DNA of 64,000 nt from Euglena gracilis. Its lineage: Eukaryota. The stretch lies in the NCBI GenBank assembly GCA_039621445.1, contig CP154954.1, forward strand, positions 21,278,954 to 21,342,953, given 5' to 3'. Of this stretch, positions 18,191 through 31,298 are shown piece after piece (position 1 is the stretch's first letter; each line of letters begins with the position of its first letter). The notes under the pieces are model-generated. The model was not told the DNA's origin. It made no database searches and saw only the letters and a list, made by a program, of their open reading frames with translations. Position numbers and translations under genes: made by a program.

Positions 18191-20006
18191 GCCGGGAGAT
18201 CGAAAAGCGCCCATTTTCGGCTCGAAAATAGTTTTTCCAGGTCCGGGAGGCCCAAAAAGCATGGTTTTGGGCAAAAAAAATTCGCCTTTTTTTCGCCTTT
18301 TTTTCGCCTTTTTTGGCCGCCGAAAGCGGTGGAAAAAGTGTACAAAATGGCCAAAATCGGCCGAAAAACGGCCGTATCTCGGGCTACGCGAACAGTTGCG
18401 AGGAAATCAAAATACCGGTAGATGGGGCGTTCCAAGGGCTTCAAATTAGATCTCCGGACATTTCCTTTGATTTCGCTTCATTTTTGAGAAAATTTGAAAA
18501 TATTCATTTTGGCCGAATTTTGACCGAAAACGAAGTCGGACAGTGGAAAAAGTGGACAAAATGGCCCCGTTGGCCGAAAACGGGCATATCTCAAGCTGGG
18601 CAGGGAGTTGCGGGGAAATCAAAATACCAGTAGATGGGGCGTTCCAAGGGCTTCAATTTAGGTGTCCGGACATTTCCTTTGATTTTGCTTCATTTTGGAG
18701 ATATTTTGAAAATTGACATTTTTTGGCCGAAATGGCAGAGTCCAAAGAGGGGGGGGGGGCTTAAAAAGGGGGTGGGCCGATCCTTCCCGGTTTAGACCCC
18801 TTCGCGCGTGAATAACTCGGGCCTGGCGGGGAGTTGGGGGTCAAACCCAGTTGGAAACTAGAGATCCAGTCGCTCGCGACTGGAAAAAAATTTTCGGGAA
18901 CGGGCCGGGTTCATGGTGATAATCCGCCGGTTCCCGAGGTGGCCCCGAGGGGGGGGGTCGAGGGGGGAGGAAGGGGGAGGGAGGAGGGAGCTCAGCGACC
19001 CCCCACCTATAAACTCCGCCAACCAACCAAACTGGATCTTATAACCCCCCCCCCCTGGGGGAGAAGAATTCAAACCGCCGGGACGATTTTTTCGGCCGCA
19101 AACCAACCAAAAACTGATTTTTTTGGCTTTTTTTTGAGACCGACCATCATTAAAAATGCCGGTTTTGACCAAATTTGCCAAAAAAAGTGCCAATTTCAGG
19201 GGGTTTTGGGGTCATTTTGGGGGGGTCGGATTCTCACCAACAATTTTGGGACCTATAACTCCCCCCCCCCCCCCCTATAAACCCCCCTTCGGCCAACCAA
19301 CCAAACCGGATCCTGTGAAACCCCAGGGGGTTTATAAGTGGGGGGGGGTTAGTCTTCCGGTCTTCTCTCCAAGGTTTCAGTGCATTTTCACATATTTATA
19401 AATTCAGCCTTGTTTACCCACTCGCTAAATGCCCCTCTTTGGCTCTTTGGATCCCTTCAATCTGTGCAGCACTTTTCATGGCGATCGAGGATCCGTTGCA
19501 AGCGAAGCCAGAGGTGTGTTCCCAAAGCTTGGGACTCCATCACCTGGGGGGTCCTGAATGTTTTCTGTGTTTTGTATTGAACGCTCAAAAAAAAAAGTAA
19601 TGTGGAGGAGCAAAGAAAAACACACTCCTGACAAAAAATATTGAATGATAAAATTATTATTATTATTTTTCTGCAGTGGCCATGGGATGCTAGAGGGACA
19701 GTGTAGTGTTTGTGTTATTTGCAAGCTTTTTTTCACGGTTTCCTCCCATTTTTAAAGTTTTTTTTGCTGTATTTTCGTTGTTTATTGTTGCATTTTTCCC
19801 CATTTCTTTGTTTGCCCCAGTTTGCTGAAGTTTTTTTTGCAGTTTTTTTTTGAAATTTTTGCAGCAAACCTAAAAGTTTTTTAAAGTTTTTTTGCAGGTT
19901 TTGCATTTCTTGGGGGCTTCTGTTGCATTTCTTTTTGGATTTTTCCATCTGCCCCTGTGCACATTGGTCCCGCCCTACTACTCCCTCCCCCCCCCCTGTG
20001 CCCCAG

Positions 20007-23000
20007 GCCACCCAGGCTGCGGGGGACGGCGCTGCCAAGGAGGGTGCCTCGTCCTCCGCCGGCTCGCCGTCCATCGCCTCGCGAGTGGCGCAGACCGCGG
20101 GCTTCTCCCCGAAGGTGCGCATCAACGACACCTTCGACGAGGTCGCCCCAAGGCGTGGGCCTGCCTGCCCCCCCCCCCCGCCGCCGCCCAAAGCCATTTC
20201 GCTCCTTCCACTCCATTCATTCCGGTGCCGAAGGTCCAGTTCAGGTTCTTGGGACCCGTTCAGTCAGGGCTGAGTGGAAATATTGGAAACCCAACGTGTT
20301 GTGACTGACCTGCCACCCCAGTTCCGTCCATAGCGCCTCCACACCTACCACCCTTTCCCGTTTTGTAGCCGCTCCGATTCTGGGGCTCAATTTTTTCTGT
20401 GCTTTCGATATGATGATGATTTTTTTGCAATCCCCTCAGGAAAGCTGTCATTTGCAAGAACCTGCCGGAGTCCCTTGGGTAATGGCTGATGTGTCATCGT
20501 GGAAAGCTGCCATCATACATCTCTCTAAGGTTTTGCGAACCCCCCCCGGGGGGGGGACGGCTGCAGCCAGCCCCGATTTGGGCCCAGCCCAGCCGCAGCA
20601 GCACCCCCCCCCCGGGGGGGGGGTGCTGCTAGCCCAGCTAGCCAGCCCCTTTTTTGGGGGTCCAGCCCAAAATTTTTCGGCGCAAAGCGCCGAAATTTTT
20701 TGAAAAACTGTGTTCAAAAGTGGCCAAAAATGGGGTTTGGGGCATTTTTGGGGGGTTTCAGATGCATCATTTTTTCAAAACTGTGTTCTGCAGGTCATTT
20801 TTGGGCATTTTTCCGATTTCAGTCCAGCTCGCCCCGGTTCGGGTCCAGCCGGGGCCCAGCCCCCTCCCCCCCCCCCCCGGGGGGGGGGTGGGCTAGCCAG
20901 CCCAAATTTCTAGCCAGCCCAAATTTCTAGCCCTAGCCCAGCACCCCCCCGGGGTCCTTAAAGAGATGTATGGCTGCCATCCTGATGACCATCTTGATGG
21001 TCGGTGAATGGCAAGGAGGGCAATATCAGAAATTTTGGGGAAATGTCCAACAAATTTGAAGCTGATAAGATTTGCTGTCTGGACCGATTTTTAAAGCCAT
21101 GACGTTCAGTTTTCTCATCACCGGTCACTTTTTTTTAATAAAAAAGGTCGTGCAGCTTATTTCTCCACAGGCACACTGTATTGAATGGGAAGTATGGTAG
21201 TGACCATTTGACGAGACGAGGATGTAATGTCCCAAAAGGCGTTAACACGTTGGAATGGAACCCAAGCAAGGGACACGTGTGCAAGGGGCAAGTGTTTTTT
21301 TCCCACCAAAGAATACAGACCGATGAAGCCCAATTATAAAGCAAAAGGTCCAGTCCAAATTGTTAATTGCTATGGCCAAAAGATCAAAGGCAAGGCAGTT
21401 TGCCAGAACAGGGACTGGCATACATCCCAAGTTCTGGTGGAGGGTGGACCACGCCCACGGACACCCATCCAGCTGTGCACTGCCACTGCAATCCGGCCAG
21501 GAGACCCTGGCTAACTTCCACCATCAGATCAGGATCATAACAGGCCAGCCCTACCAAGAACATTGTTGGCTGAAAAAAGGTTTGGACGTTCCAGTTGGGT
21601 CCATTTGGGTATTTCCATTTGAGTTGCTGGACAGTGGCCGTTCTTTTTTTGTCTTGGACGGCGCCAAAATGGGCCAAAAATGAGCAATGGGTCCTGAGCC
21701 CAAATTTTTGGTCAAAAAATTGGTTTCTTGCCGAAATGGCAGTTTTTTTTGGTGTATTTCCAGTTTCGATTTTCTAATACCTGGTTCAACCCCAGCTCAG
21801 GTGGTGTTCAGCCGGGAGATTCCCGTGAGCCACCGGCTTGGGGGGGGGGTCCAAGGCTGGAAAAAGGCTGCTGGCTGGCTGGACCTCCCCTCCCCCCCGT
21901 GGCCGTGGGGTCCACTTTTCTTTAAGCAACGTCCTGGCCCTAACAAGCCGCCAGCACAGTTGAGCCGAGCGACTCCCCCTGCCCCCGTCTTTCCGCATCG
22001 CAGCCACTCGCTGGACGTGGCCGAGCCAGTGCCGGAGTCGCAGCTGAAGCGCCGCTGGCGCAGCACCCCCAAGAAGACGGTGGCGGTCAGCGCCATGATG
22101 CTGCTCGTTGGTCCGCTGCCCCAATACTGTTCTGTGCCCCTCCGCTTTGCCTGCATGCAACCTTGGGTGACCAGCCGGATGGCTGAGCCAAAGCACCTGC
22201 GATGGGAGGTCCTCCCAGAAGTGGATCAGCATGCATCCCACAGCCTGCATCTGAGCCTGGATGCCTGATTCCCACAGGAAGGACACGCTTTCTGATGCAT
22301 CTGAATTCCATTTTTCCCTCGATGGTCGTGGTCAAATTGAGATGATAGTTTGGAACACACCGCATTTGTCGAAATCCGTGACAAATGATATGATGCACGT
22401 TTTTTTTTCAAATCACACATGCAAGAACACGTTGTTTCCATCGGGGATTGGACGGAGATACCTTTCGATTTGCCTGCAGGTACTTCGTTCCTGGTGGGTG
22501 GCCTGGCCTGCCTGTTTGCATGCGATGAGAAGGGCAAAGGAGGCGCCTACTCTGGGCTTGGTGTGCCGTGTTGCTTTTTTTTTGCATGCAAAAATGTAGG
22601 TTGGTTGCCCCGTGGCCTTTCAGCGCACTCCTGGTCAGGCAGATACAGGCAGTATCTTCCAAGCTGTCGGAATGGTGTGGCTTCAAGCGGAAAAGCCCGA
22701 ACTGGGAGAGTTGGGGGCTCTTCTGATGAGCAGTAAGTTGGACGAGGACAATAAGCAGTTTGCACCATCCCGCAATCTTGAGAGGGTCATCATAAACAGA
22801 GCAGCAGAGCATTTTTTTGAGTTTGAGAATTTCTTTGAAAGTTCCATTGGGCACCATTTGGGCAGCATGCAAAGCACCTGGTGTTGTCGGCTCGTTCAAT
22901 CTATGACTCTTAGGATGTGTTTCATTGAAGTTTGGTGTCCGCAACTTCTGTTTGTAATCATCGGGGGTGGGGGGTGGGTCTGGGGCTGGAGCCCCAGGGG

Positions 23001-23683
23001 GGGGTGATCCCAGGACGGTGGCCCAGGCTTAGATTTCGGCGCTTTGCACCGAAAATTTTTTGGAAATGCCCTTACCAGCCCGATTTTTTGGGGGGCCGGG
23101 GGGGGGGGTTCCCTTGCCAAGCTGGGTGGGGGGAGCCTTAAAAAAAAAGCCTCGCGCTCATGTCATTGTCCAGTTTACAATAGCCACCGGGGAGTTGCTT
23201 AAGCTGAAGGACACCCCATCTCTGGGGGGTCCAGCCAGCCAACCAGCAGCCTTTTCCACCCTCCCCCCATCGACAAGTTACCCATTTATTTTCCAGCCAC
23301 CCGAAGTGCCGCCCGAAGTAACGGTGGTGCAAAAAATTGGCCTAAATGATATCTTTTTTTTGCAGTTTTGGGGTAATTTTGCAGTTCCGTTTTTTTTTTC
23401 CTTTTTGGTGCCTGGTTTGTTCCTGGGTTCAACCCTGTGGGGGGGGGGGCAGCCCCCATATTCCAGCCCCTCAGCTCGACCCCCCCCCCGCAGGGGGGGT
23501 GGTTAAGTGACGCTCTGATTGTCGCCCGACCCGGTCACACGCAGCACCCGACCCAGGTCATGCCCTCCCCATCCCGCAGGGGGGCTCCTGCTGCTGCCCG
23601 GCTGCTACAGCGGCTTCATCCTGCTGCAGTACCTGCGGGGCGTGCCGGGCTTCTCCCCCAACCAGCTGCCGCACTTCGAGTGA
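20007..23683 (+). CDS. TMEM230/TMEM134-family (DUF872-like) small membrane protein, multi-exon, 5' end uncertain
   Basis: Exons 20007-~20152 (ATQAAGDG..INDTFDEVAP), 22004-22110 (HSLDVAEP..TPKKTVAVSAMMLLVG), 22480-22560 (TSFLVGGLACLFACDEKGKGGAYSGL) and 23580-23683 (GGLLLLPGCYSGFILLQYLRGVPGFSPNQLPHFE*). GT-AG introns 22111-22479 and 22561-23579 keep the frame. The C-terminal LPG.Y...G..GFS...LP pattern matches the family. Confidence 0.75.
20514..20972. mobile_element. MITE with CAT...ATG termini and 8-bp TSD
   Basis: gctgccat|CATACATCTCTCTAAGG...CCTTAAAGAGATGTATG|gctgccat. Confidence 0.9.
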
Positions 23684-24109
23684 AGCTGACTGGCCGGGGC
23701 ACGCCGCCCGTGCCCCGCCACTCACCCTCCGCGCTGATACGCTTGCGGCGCTCATTGTTGTATTTCTTACCCCCCTCGACTGGAGACAATGCATCCGCTT
23801 TGCCTGGGATGGGCTGGCCAGCTGGCTGAATTTTGAGGCGAGGTCGACCCCACCCCAGGGGGGGGGGGTCGACTGGGCAGGCACCCAAGGCACCCAGATC
23901 TGGGGGCGCAGGGTTGGGCATATGGCCGATAGTGCCTGGGCTTTGGGCACTTTTTTTGCCCCCACAACCAGGCAGTCACCGACCCGGGGGGGGGGGTTCC
24001 TGCCTGCCGAGGCACCCCAGGGCACTCGGAGGTTGACCAAATTCCCTGCTGGCCAACAGAGTGGTGAAGATTTGTGGGGTGTTGTCCAGTGTGTTTGGGG
24101 GGCACAGTA

Positions 24110-24183
24110 ATATGTGTTTGTGTGTGTGTGTGTGTGTTTCTCTCTCTGTGTGTGTGGTGTGTGTGGTGTGTGTGTGTGTGTGT

Positions 24184-24219
<36 letters not shown>

Positions 24220-24240
24220 GTGTGGTGTGGTATGTGTGTG
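24110..24240. repeat. (TG)n/(TC)n compound microsatellite
   Basis: Directly visible. Confidence 0.95.
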
Positions 24241-26823
24241 CTTGCATGCGTGGGTGGGTGGATGGGTTTGTGGGTGAGGAGGTGGGTGTGCGTGCTGGGT
24301 AGATTTATTGTCCAGGAATGTTCATTTGAGGTTGTTCGCTCGAAGGACGCATGCAGAGATGCACGCCCCCCTCTATGGGTGCCAAGCAATAGGCCAAGTG
24401 GGTTATTTTGGCAAAGTGGTATAAAATGAGCACATTTCAGGCTTCACTGTCAGTGCTCAATTGGCACCCTCCATCGCAAGCACCCAGCTTGCCCCAGGCT
24501 GGATCATGTGTACATTGACCTCCCCCCCCCCCCCGCACCCCTTCCCTCCCTTCCATCCCCCCCCCTGTTGGGCTGGCCCTCCCCCACCATGCAGCCTCCC
24601 CTCTCCCCGGCCCCAGCGGCTGGGCCGCTGTGCGCTTTGTGACACAGCGTCACAGACTCGATACGTACTCCTTGTAGGCCATGCCATTCCCGAGTTGTAT
24701 AAGATGCCGCTTACAAAAATAACAGGGTCCACAAAGTTTCTTCCCACTTATAAACCGCCTTTTAAGGGGAAAAGGCCCTTAGGTCTAAGTGCCAGCCAAG
24801 GGCCGGACTGGGGCTCGAACGGGGTTGAAATGAAAAAGCTGAAAAAAAAACACATTTTTTGACATTTTGGGCTGATGGGCATTGATCCAAGGATGCCAGA
24901 ACCACGAAGTTTTTTTTTTTGCACCGAAGTTGACCTGTTTTCGCCAAAAATGGTAATTTTTGCCCAAATTGGTCGGCATATCGAGGCCATCACCCCATCA
25001 GCCCACGTTGACAGGGGTTGCTAATTTGTATTGTCCAAAGTTGGGGTCCAATGCCACTCACTGCAGTGTGAGCCGCCTCGTCCCCTTACCTGAGGCTGGG
25101 TTTGCTTCGCAGTCCAAAAGGGGCAGGAAATGGAAAAACCCTGCTCGCATAAAATTGGCCGGAATTTTGCACAGCGTGCTGCAGCAGAGCTGGCTGGGGC
25201 ACTGCTGCGTGGGGCAGGGCCATGCCAGTGTGCACACACCATCACCACATCCCATGGGCTGGCAGAGGCTTTGGGGCTGGGGGTTGGGTATGACCCACAA
25301 AATTCTCAGGTGTCCCACTATTTAGTTTCCCTACTGTACGATATTCTAAGAGGAGGGTAATTCCCCAATGGAGTGTTCTTGGCCTGAGTAATTGAGTAAT
25401 GGAGTTAATGACGATGTTACGTCGCTAGTTAGTGGTTGTGCATGCATTTTTGTCGGGGGAGGGGGTATGGTGATTGAATTGATCTAAAGTGGAGGGAATT
25501 CATGGACCTAAATTTAAGGGTTCAAATCAAGGATTTTTCTTAGCAACAAGATTTTTTTACAGATGTGTTGGGGAATGTTTTTTTTATTTCAGAAGCATAG
25601 GAAAGATGGACCAACATTTGTCAGGACCAGTTTTATTATCCTCCTCCACTTTAAACCCCCCCCGAATAGAAGCCCCCGGGGGTTTATATTCGAATCTTTG
25701 GTAAAAAACCGAGGGGAGGGTTTCTATGGGGGGGGGGGGGGGCACTATTCGGAAAAGTGGTCGAAAACCAGGGGGTCCGAGAATTATCGAAGAAAATTCT
25801 TTGTGGGTCCACATGTCCTACCTTTCCAAACCATGTCAAATTTGCTACAAATGTTACTCTTGTGATGCATTGGATCATGAAACATAAAAATCACCCAACC
25901 CTCAACCAATGCCTGAAGAAGCCAAGTGCCATCCGTCCCAATTGACAGATCCACGGGCAGGTCTTCATGTTTGATGATGGTTTTTCTGTCTTATCTTCTA
26001 TGTCCGACTTCTTGAACTCGTAGGGCTTTTTCTTTCCTCTTGATGGGGCCTTCCCCTCCCTACCAATAACGAGGGTGGGAGATAGCGGCCGGTGTGGGGC
26101 GGGCGGGCTCACCGGCAGTCTGGGCACTCACGGGGGATGGGGCAACTAGGGCCCACTATCTGGGGGTGGGGCCACACTCACTAGCACTATCGGGCAATTT
26201 TAGATCGAAAAGAGCCTACCAAACGGGTTTCTGGGGAGGGCACTATTCGCCATGAAAAAAAAAAAAATCCGGGGGCCGGGGGGGCCTGTCTGGGCCTTCT
26301 GGGCTTCTCACTGGTGCGTCTGTCTGGGGGGGAATATCTTGTATCTTGTGTCGCAAAAAGTAATGAGGAGGGCGGTATATTCATCGTGGGGGGGCTTGAT
26401 CTAGTGGTGTCTTGTCTCGGGGGGGGGGGGCGCTTCGTAACACATAAACTTCTGTTGGCGAGGGCGGGGGCTTCTTCCAAAATCGGGGGCATTCTTATTC
26501 GGGGGGGGGGGGGGGTACTCTTTTCCCTCTTTTATGCAGGCCCGTTTTTTTTTTTTCACCTGTTGTGCGCCACCTTCGCCATGCTCTGAGCCTATGCCGG
26601 GGTATGTGGAATGAAACCTGATCAGTTTGTCGGTACATTCTGTCAGGTGTCAGCATCTTTTTTTTTGTTTTCGGTCCTTTTTTGGGCCATGCCATCTCTC
26701 AAGCGTTGGAAATTTTTTAAAAGTCTGGAAAGCTCCAAATATCAATGGTTTGTGCAGCTGATATCCAGCACTCTTAAGGAGGGATCTTGCCAGGATGTTT
26801 ATGTGTCCTCGTTGCTTGCACAG

Positions 26824-29800
26824 GGGAAGAAGAAGGGAGCGAAGATGTCCTTGGGCGATTTCCTGGGCCCCCCGCAGCCAACGGTGTGTGGAACAGCCCA
26901 TCACTGAACTTGTGGTGACTGAAGATGGTTGGATGGAATGCAGGGGCAGGGAGATATTCCGGTCCGGAATAAACCACCGGAATAACCGGAATAAAAGTGC
27001 CAGCCAATGGCTTGAAAATTCTGCAAGACACAAAGGCAATGAAGGTGAAGTTTGACAGATTTTCAGGTTTCAAAATCACAAGAGCAACAAACGAGCCCAA
27101 GCGTAGCACAATCGGCATTTGATATCAGGAGCACACCTTTACTTTGCCTGTTTCTCCCCCTAGTTGTTTGGATTTTATCCCCACTTGTGGGGCTGCACTT
27201 AGTGAATGTTTGTCCCTGAGTTCTTTCCAAAAGGGACATGAACTAGGACAATATGAACGCTGATTTTTGGGGGCAGGGATCCCATTGGACAAAGCGAAGC
27301 ATCCTTCAATAACACTCTTAGGCCATTGCACTCTGTTTGAAACCCGGCGGTGAAACCCACCCTTTTGGCCCTCTGGTTCTGTGGGGACCCTCCACGGTGG
27401 CATGTGCATAATTTCCGGTTGTTGGAACCCAGGAAACAGGCCCCTTTGGTGTTTTTAAGCCTGTGCTCCATTTTAAAAAAGGTTCAAACCCCGGGTTTGA
27501 ACGCCAGGACACGTGAATTTTCCCAAAAAAGGGCCAACACCCCTGTTGTGTCTCCCTCATTTTTGAATCCTTGACTGTGTTCCCAAGATGGTGCTACACA
27601 GGCCAGGTGACTGGTGGCCCATTTTGTTGCTGTTTTAGGCTCTGTGATCTGCCCGTGAAGGTTTGCCTGCTGAGGTGTCCGCTTCGGCACAACAGCCACG
27701 CCAATTTGCGGATGCGCAATGAAAGCACATTATTATTGCGCAAGTGCGCAATGATCCCCACATTTAGAATTACAAAAAAATTAGAAACATTGTTCCAAAG
27801 CGCAATGTGTTTTATTTTTTGTAATGAAAAAAATTGTTGCATTATGGCGCAACTGCGCAATGGAGTTTTGTTTCATTACCTGTCGCTTTGGGGTCATGCA
27901 CACTGGGCTCGTGAACCCTGTGCCTGGATAACGTGGAGTTCCAACTCGTTACTTCCGTCCCCAGGCCCTAGGGGTGTAGGGAGACACTAATTCGGACTGT
28001 CCTGAACCTCAGGCCTCGGTGTTCAAAAACAGAACTTTTTTGCAACATTGCACGTCGCGCAATTGTACACTTTCAAAGCTAAGTGCGAGTTAGGCCGCCT
28101 AAGACATTTGGCGGGACATTTTTTGGGAAGAAAAAAGATAGCGGTGCCTCCTCCTCCGAGCGCCAATTTTCATCAGCTTGTTTTTCCCGAAAAGGCCGGG
28201 GTCTGCTGTGGTGTGCAGACCCGCATCACCAAGTGCGAAGTGACCACTTGGTGGGGCAGGGCAACCAAGGAATGCATCCCTATTCGTGAAGCCCGGGTGA
28301 GCGCCTCGGCCCAATTGTGCTTCAAAAAAATCCCAAGTCCATTCAGACAGAAATTGACCGGAATAAACCGGAATAAATTCCGGAATAAACCGGAATAACC
28401 CGGAATAAACCGGAATAAAACCCCGGAATAAAATTTTCGGCCGACCGGAATATCTCCCTGCCCCTGTGGAATGGCACCACAGCAAGAATCTGCTCCCTCC
28501 CACCTCAACCAATGTCAAACTCGGGCAGTGGCAGTAGCTGATCCTTTCCAGAACCCTGGTTATGGAAAAATGAGAGCACATGTGCGGGTTTTATTCCACA
28601 GGAATCGGTGGCGCCGTTGAGAACAAACATCTCTGAGAAATTCATCTGCAAAATGGCCTTAAATGTTAATTAAGAAATTAAATGTTAATGTTAATGTCAA
28701 ACGTTAATTAAAAAGGCAAAAAATGCCATACGTGCAGCCTGCCAAGTTTATTTAAAATCAATTTGTCTTCATCAAACCATCTTTGTTACCCGAACTTGAA
28801 GCCCCATGGCTTACGATGGGTATCCTGATTGACCAAGGGGGGGGGTTCAGGGCCCCCTTTTTCCAGGAAGCAGCCGGGACCGCCAAAAAGCCCAAGTTTT
28901 TCCCAGCGCTTTTCATCCCAAATTTTATGTTTTGGGGGGCAAACATTTTGCTATAAAAATAGTTCTCCAACCGCATTTTTCTCCATTTTGGATTCATATT
29001 TTTCAGCTGGGCGTTTCAAATTAAACCAGAATGAAAATTGGTCATTTTGGCGATGCCACTGTTTAGCTGGTGGATGGGATATTGGAGATCCCCACTTGAC
29101 CACGCCAAACCCTGTTCGCACCACAGGAGCATTCCGTTGAGGTCGAAGAGGCTCCCCTTTCGGCAGACCCCCTGCTGAAGTACAGCTCCTACTTCACCAA
29201 CGAAGGAGGTATGGGCAAACCTTTCCGTCCGATCCCAATTGGTTGAAGGTTGGAACAAAGTTCAAAGGTAGGTTTCTCTGAAGACATCTGCTGGTGGCCA
29301 GATGACAATGGCAATGATGATGTGTGCCGCTTGCGGTTCCACATAGTTTTGCACATTTTCAAGTGAACGTTCTTCCACAAATCCGCAATTGACCTCCCAG
29401 AAAAATCGATCCAAGAAGCTTTTTCCAGGGTTGGTATCCCCCCCCCGAAAATCCCTTTCTGCCAACCAGTTTGTGACGACAGCACCAAAATCAAATACCT
29501 TTTCCCACATGGCTGGAACAAGATGTGATCAAACCGTTTCTTAAGGAACCCGGGGGGGGGGGGTCCACTGGCTGGCCATTTGCTAGACACTGGGGAAAAT
29601 GGCCTGGCTACCCCCCCTCCCAATCCAATCCGAGGTCCCCCCCTGACTGAAAAAAAAAAACTCCTCCAGCACGGCGCGCTGAGGTGGAAATGAGAACTTA
29701 ATGTGTTTCTTTTTTGGCTGATTCTGTTCAAAAAAAAAATCCAAAATGGCCAAAAATGGGCATTTTGGCCATTTTGGAGGTCAGAAAATTTTCCAGCACT

Positions 29801-31235
29801 TCGCACTGGAAGAAAATTATCCACTAGCTAGCCCTGCTAACGGACTCCCACTCCCCCCCCCCCCGGGTTCACTGGGATTCCCACTTGCCAAATTTGGACT
29901 AGCTGCAGTCCAGCCCATCCCCCCGGGAGGGTACTGCATACCTTTCAGCAAATGCCTGGATGTGACCCTCCCAAGGTTTGCCAAGGTCTCTAAAGATATG
30001 TCTTTGAAGAATTGCAGTGAGCAAAGTCATGTAGCTGTGTCTCTCACATACATGTGGAACTTCAACGTATGAGAGAGCCTAACACTTCAAAAAAAAAAGA
30101 GCGAAGTGGGTGCCACGAAGGGGGTGGCAGCCTCCCCCCAGGGCCAAGGATGGCCTCCTCGCCCTCCAAAATCGGCAAATGGTGCCCAGACCGTGGGTGC
30201 AGTGGTGCGGTGGTGCACTCGGTGGGCATTCACCCCTGCGGAACTCCAGTGCCTTCCCCAGTGTGCCGATTCCAAATCAGGGGCAACGTCGGCTGGGCTC
30301 TTCCGGGGAACTCAATTGTGCAGCCAACTTACAATGACCCATCTCTTGCCTTTTGTACTCGCTGGTCTGTCTGGAGACAGTTTCCCAGGAGCGATGTGTC
30401 CAAAATTTTGCTGCAGGCGATTTTGAAGTTTCCTGCACTGTCTCGGGTTTTATTTAACAAGGTGTCCGCTTTCAGCACTCCTGATGACCCGACCCCTGGT
30501 GCCCTCAACATCGTCGTGGTCGTGGGGGTGGAGGCCCGCCTTCTTTAGGGCACCCAGATGGGAGTTTTGTCGACATTCTTTTTTGTGAGTTCTGCCATTT
30601 TTAGGGTGAGGATATTGTTTGGATAGGGATTAGGGTGAGGGTCTGCCGTCAGGAAAGAAGTGGATCGAAATCAGGTGGAAGGTTTGGCCTGATATAGAAT
30701 TTATAGACACCTAAATTTACGCACCTAATCAAGGTCCAACAGTTTTGATCTTAACCTATTCCATACCAAAATCCGAACCTTACCTCTCAGAAATGACCCA
30801 GATTCTAATCCAGCAAGGAGGATGGCAAATTTGGGTTTGTGGCAGTATTTTAGGGCTGCCAGTTTTCATCAAAATCCATCGATGGGAGTGGTGAACAATT
30901 CACGGGGTGATTTTGTGTGATGTTGGCGTGTTTTTTTTGGACAAAGGTGCGGGAAGGTGACCTTTTTTTTTTGCAAAGTTATTGTAATCGCCCGTCAGGT
31001 CTCGGTGGAGATTTTGCAAATGTCGGATTGGCAAAGGATTCCTCAAAGGATTTGCTGGAATGTCCCAAAGCATCAACAGAATTAGGTCGGCTTTGTTTGG
31101 CAGTATTCCAATCGTGTAAGGGTCCCGGCACATCCTTCTTTTCACATTGAATGGTGTGCCTCTCCATGCAGACTGCCACGGCTACTATGCTGGAGATGAG
31201 CTGTGGGACGAGGCTTTCTCTTCAACCCATCAGGG

Positions 31236-31298
<63 letters not shown>

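Noticed and set aside
21227-21514. TRWN motif suggesting a hAT transposase
   Set aside because: Only a 4-residue match with no other hAT motifs around it; insufficient evidence.
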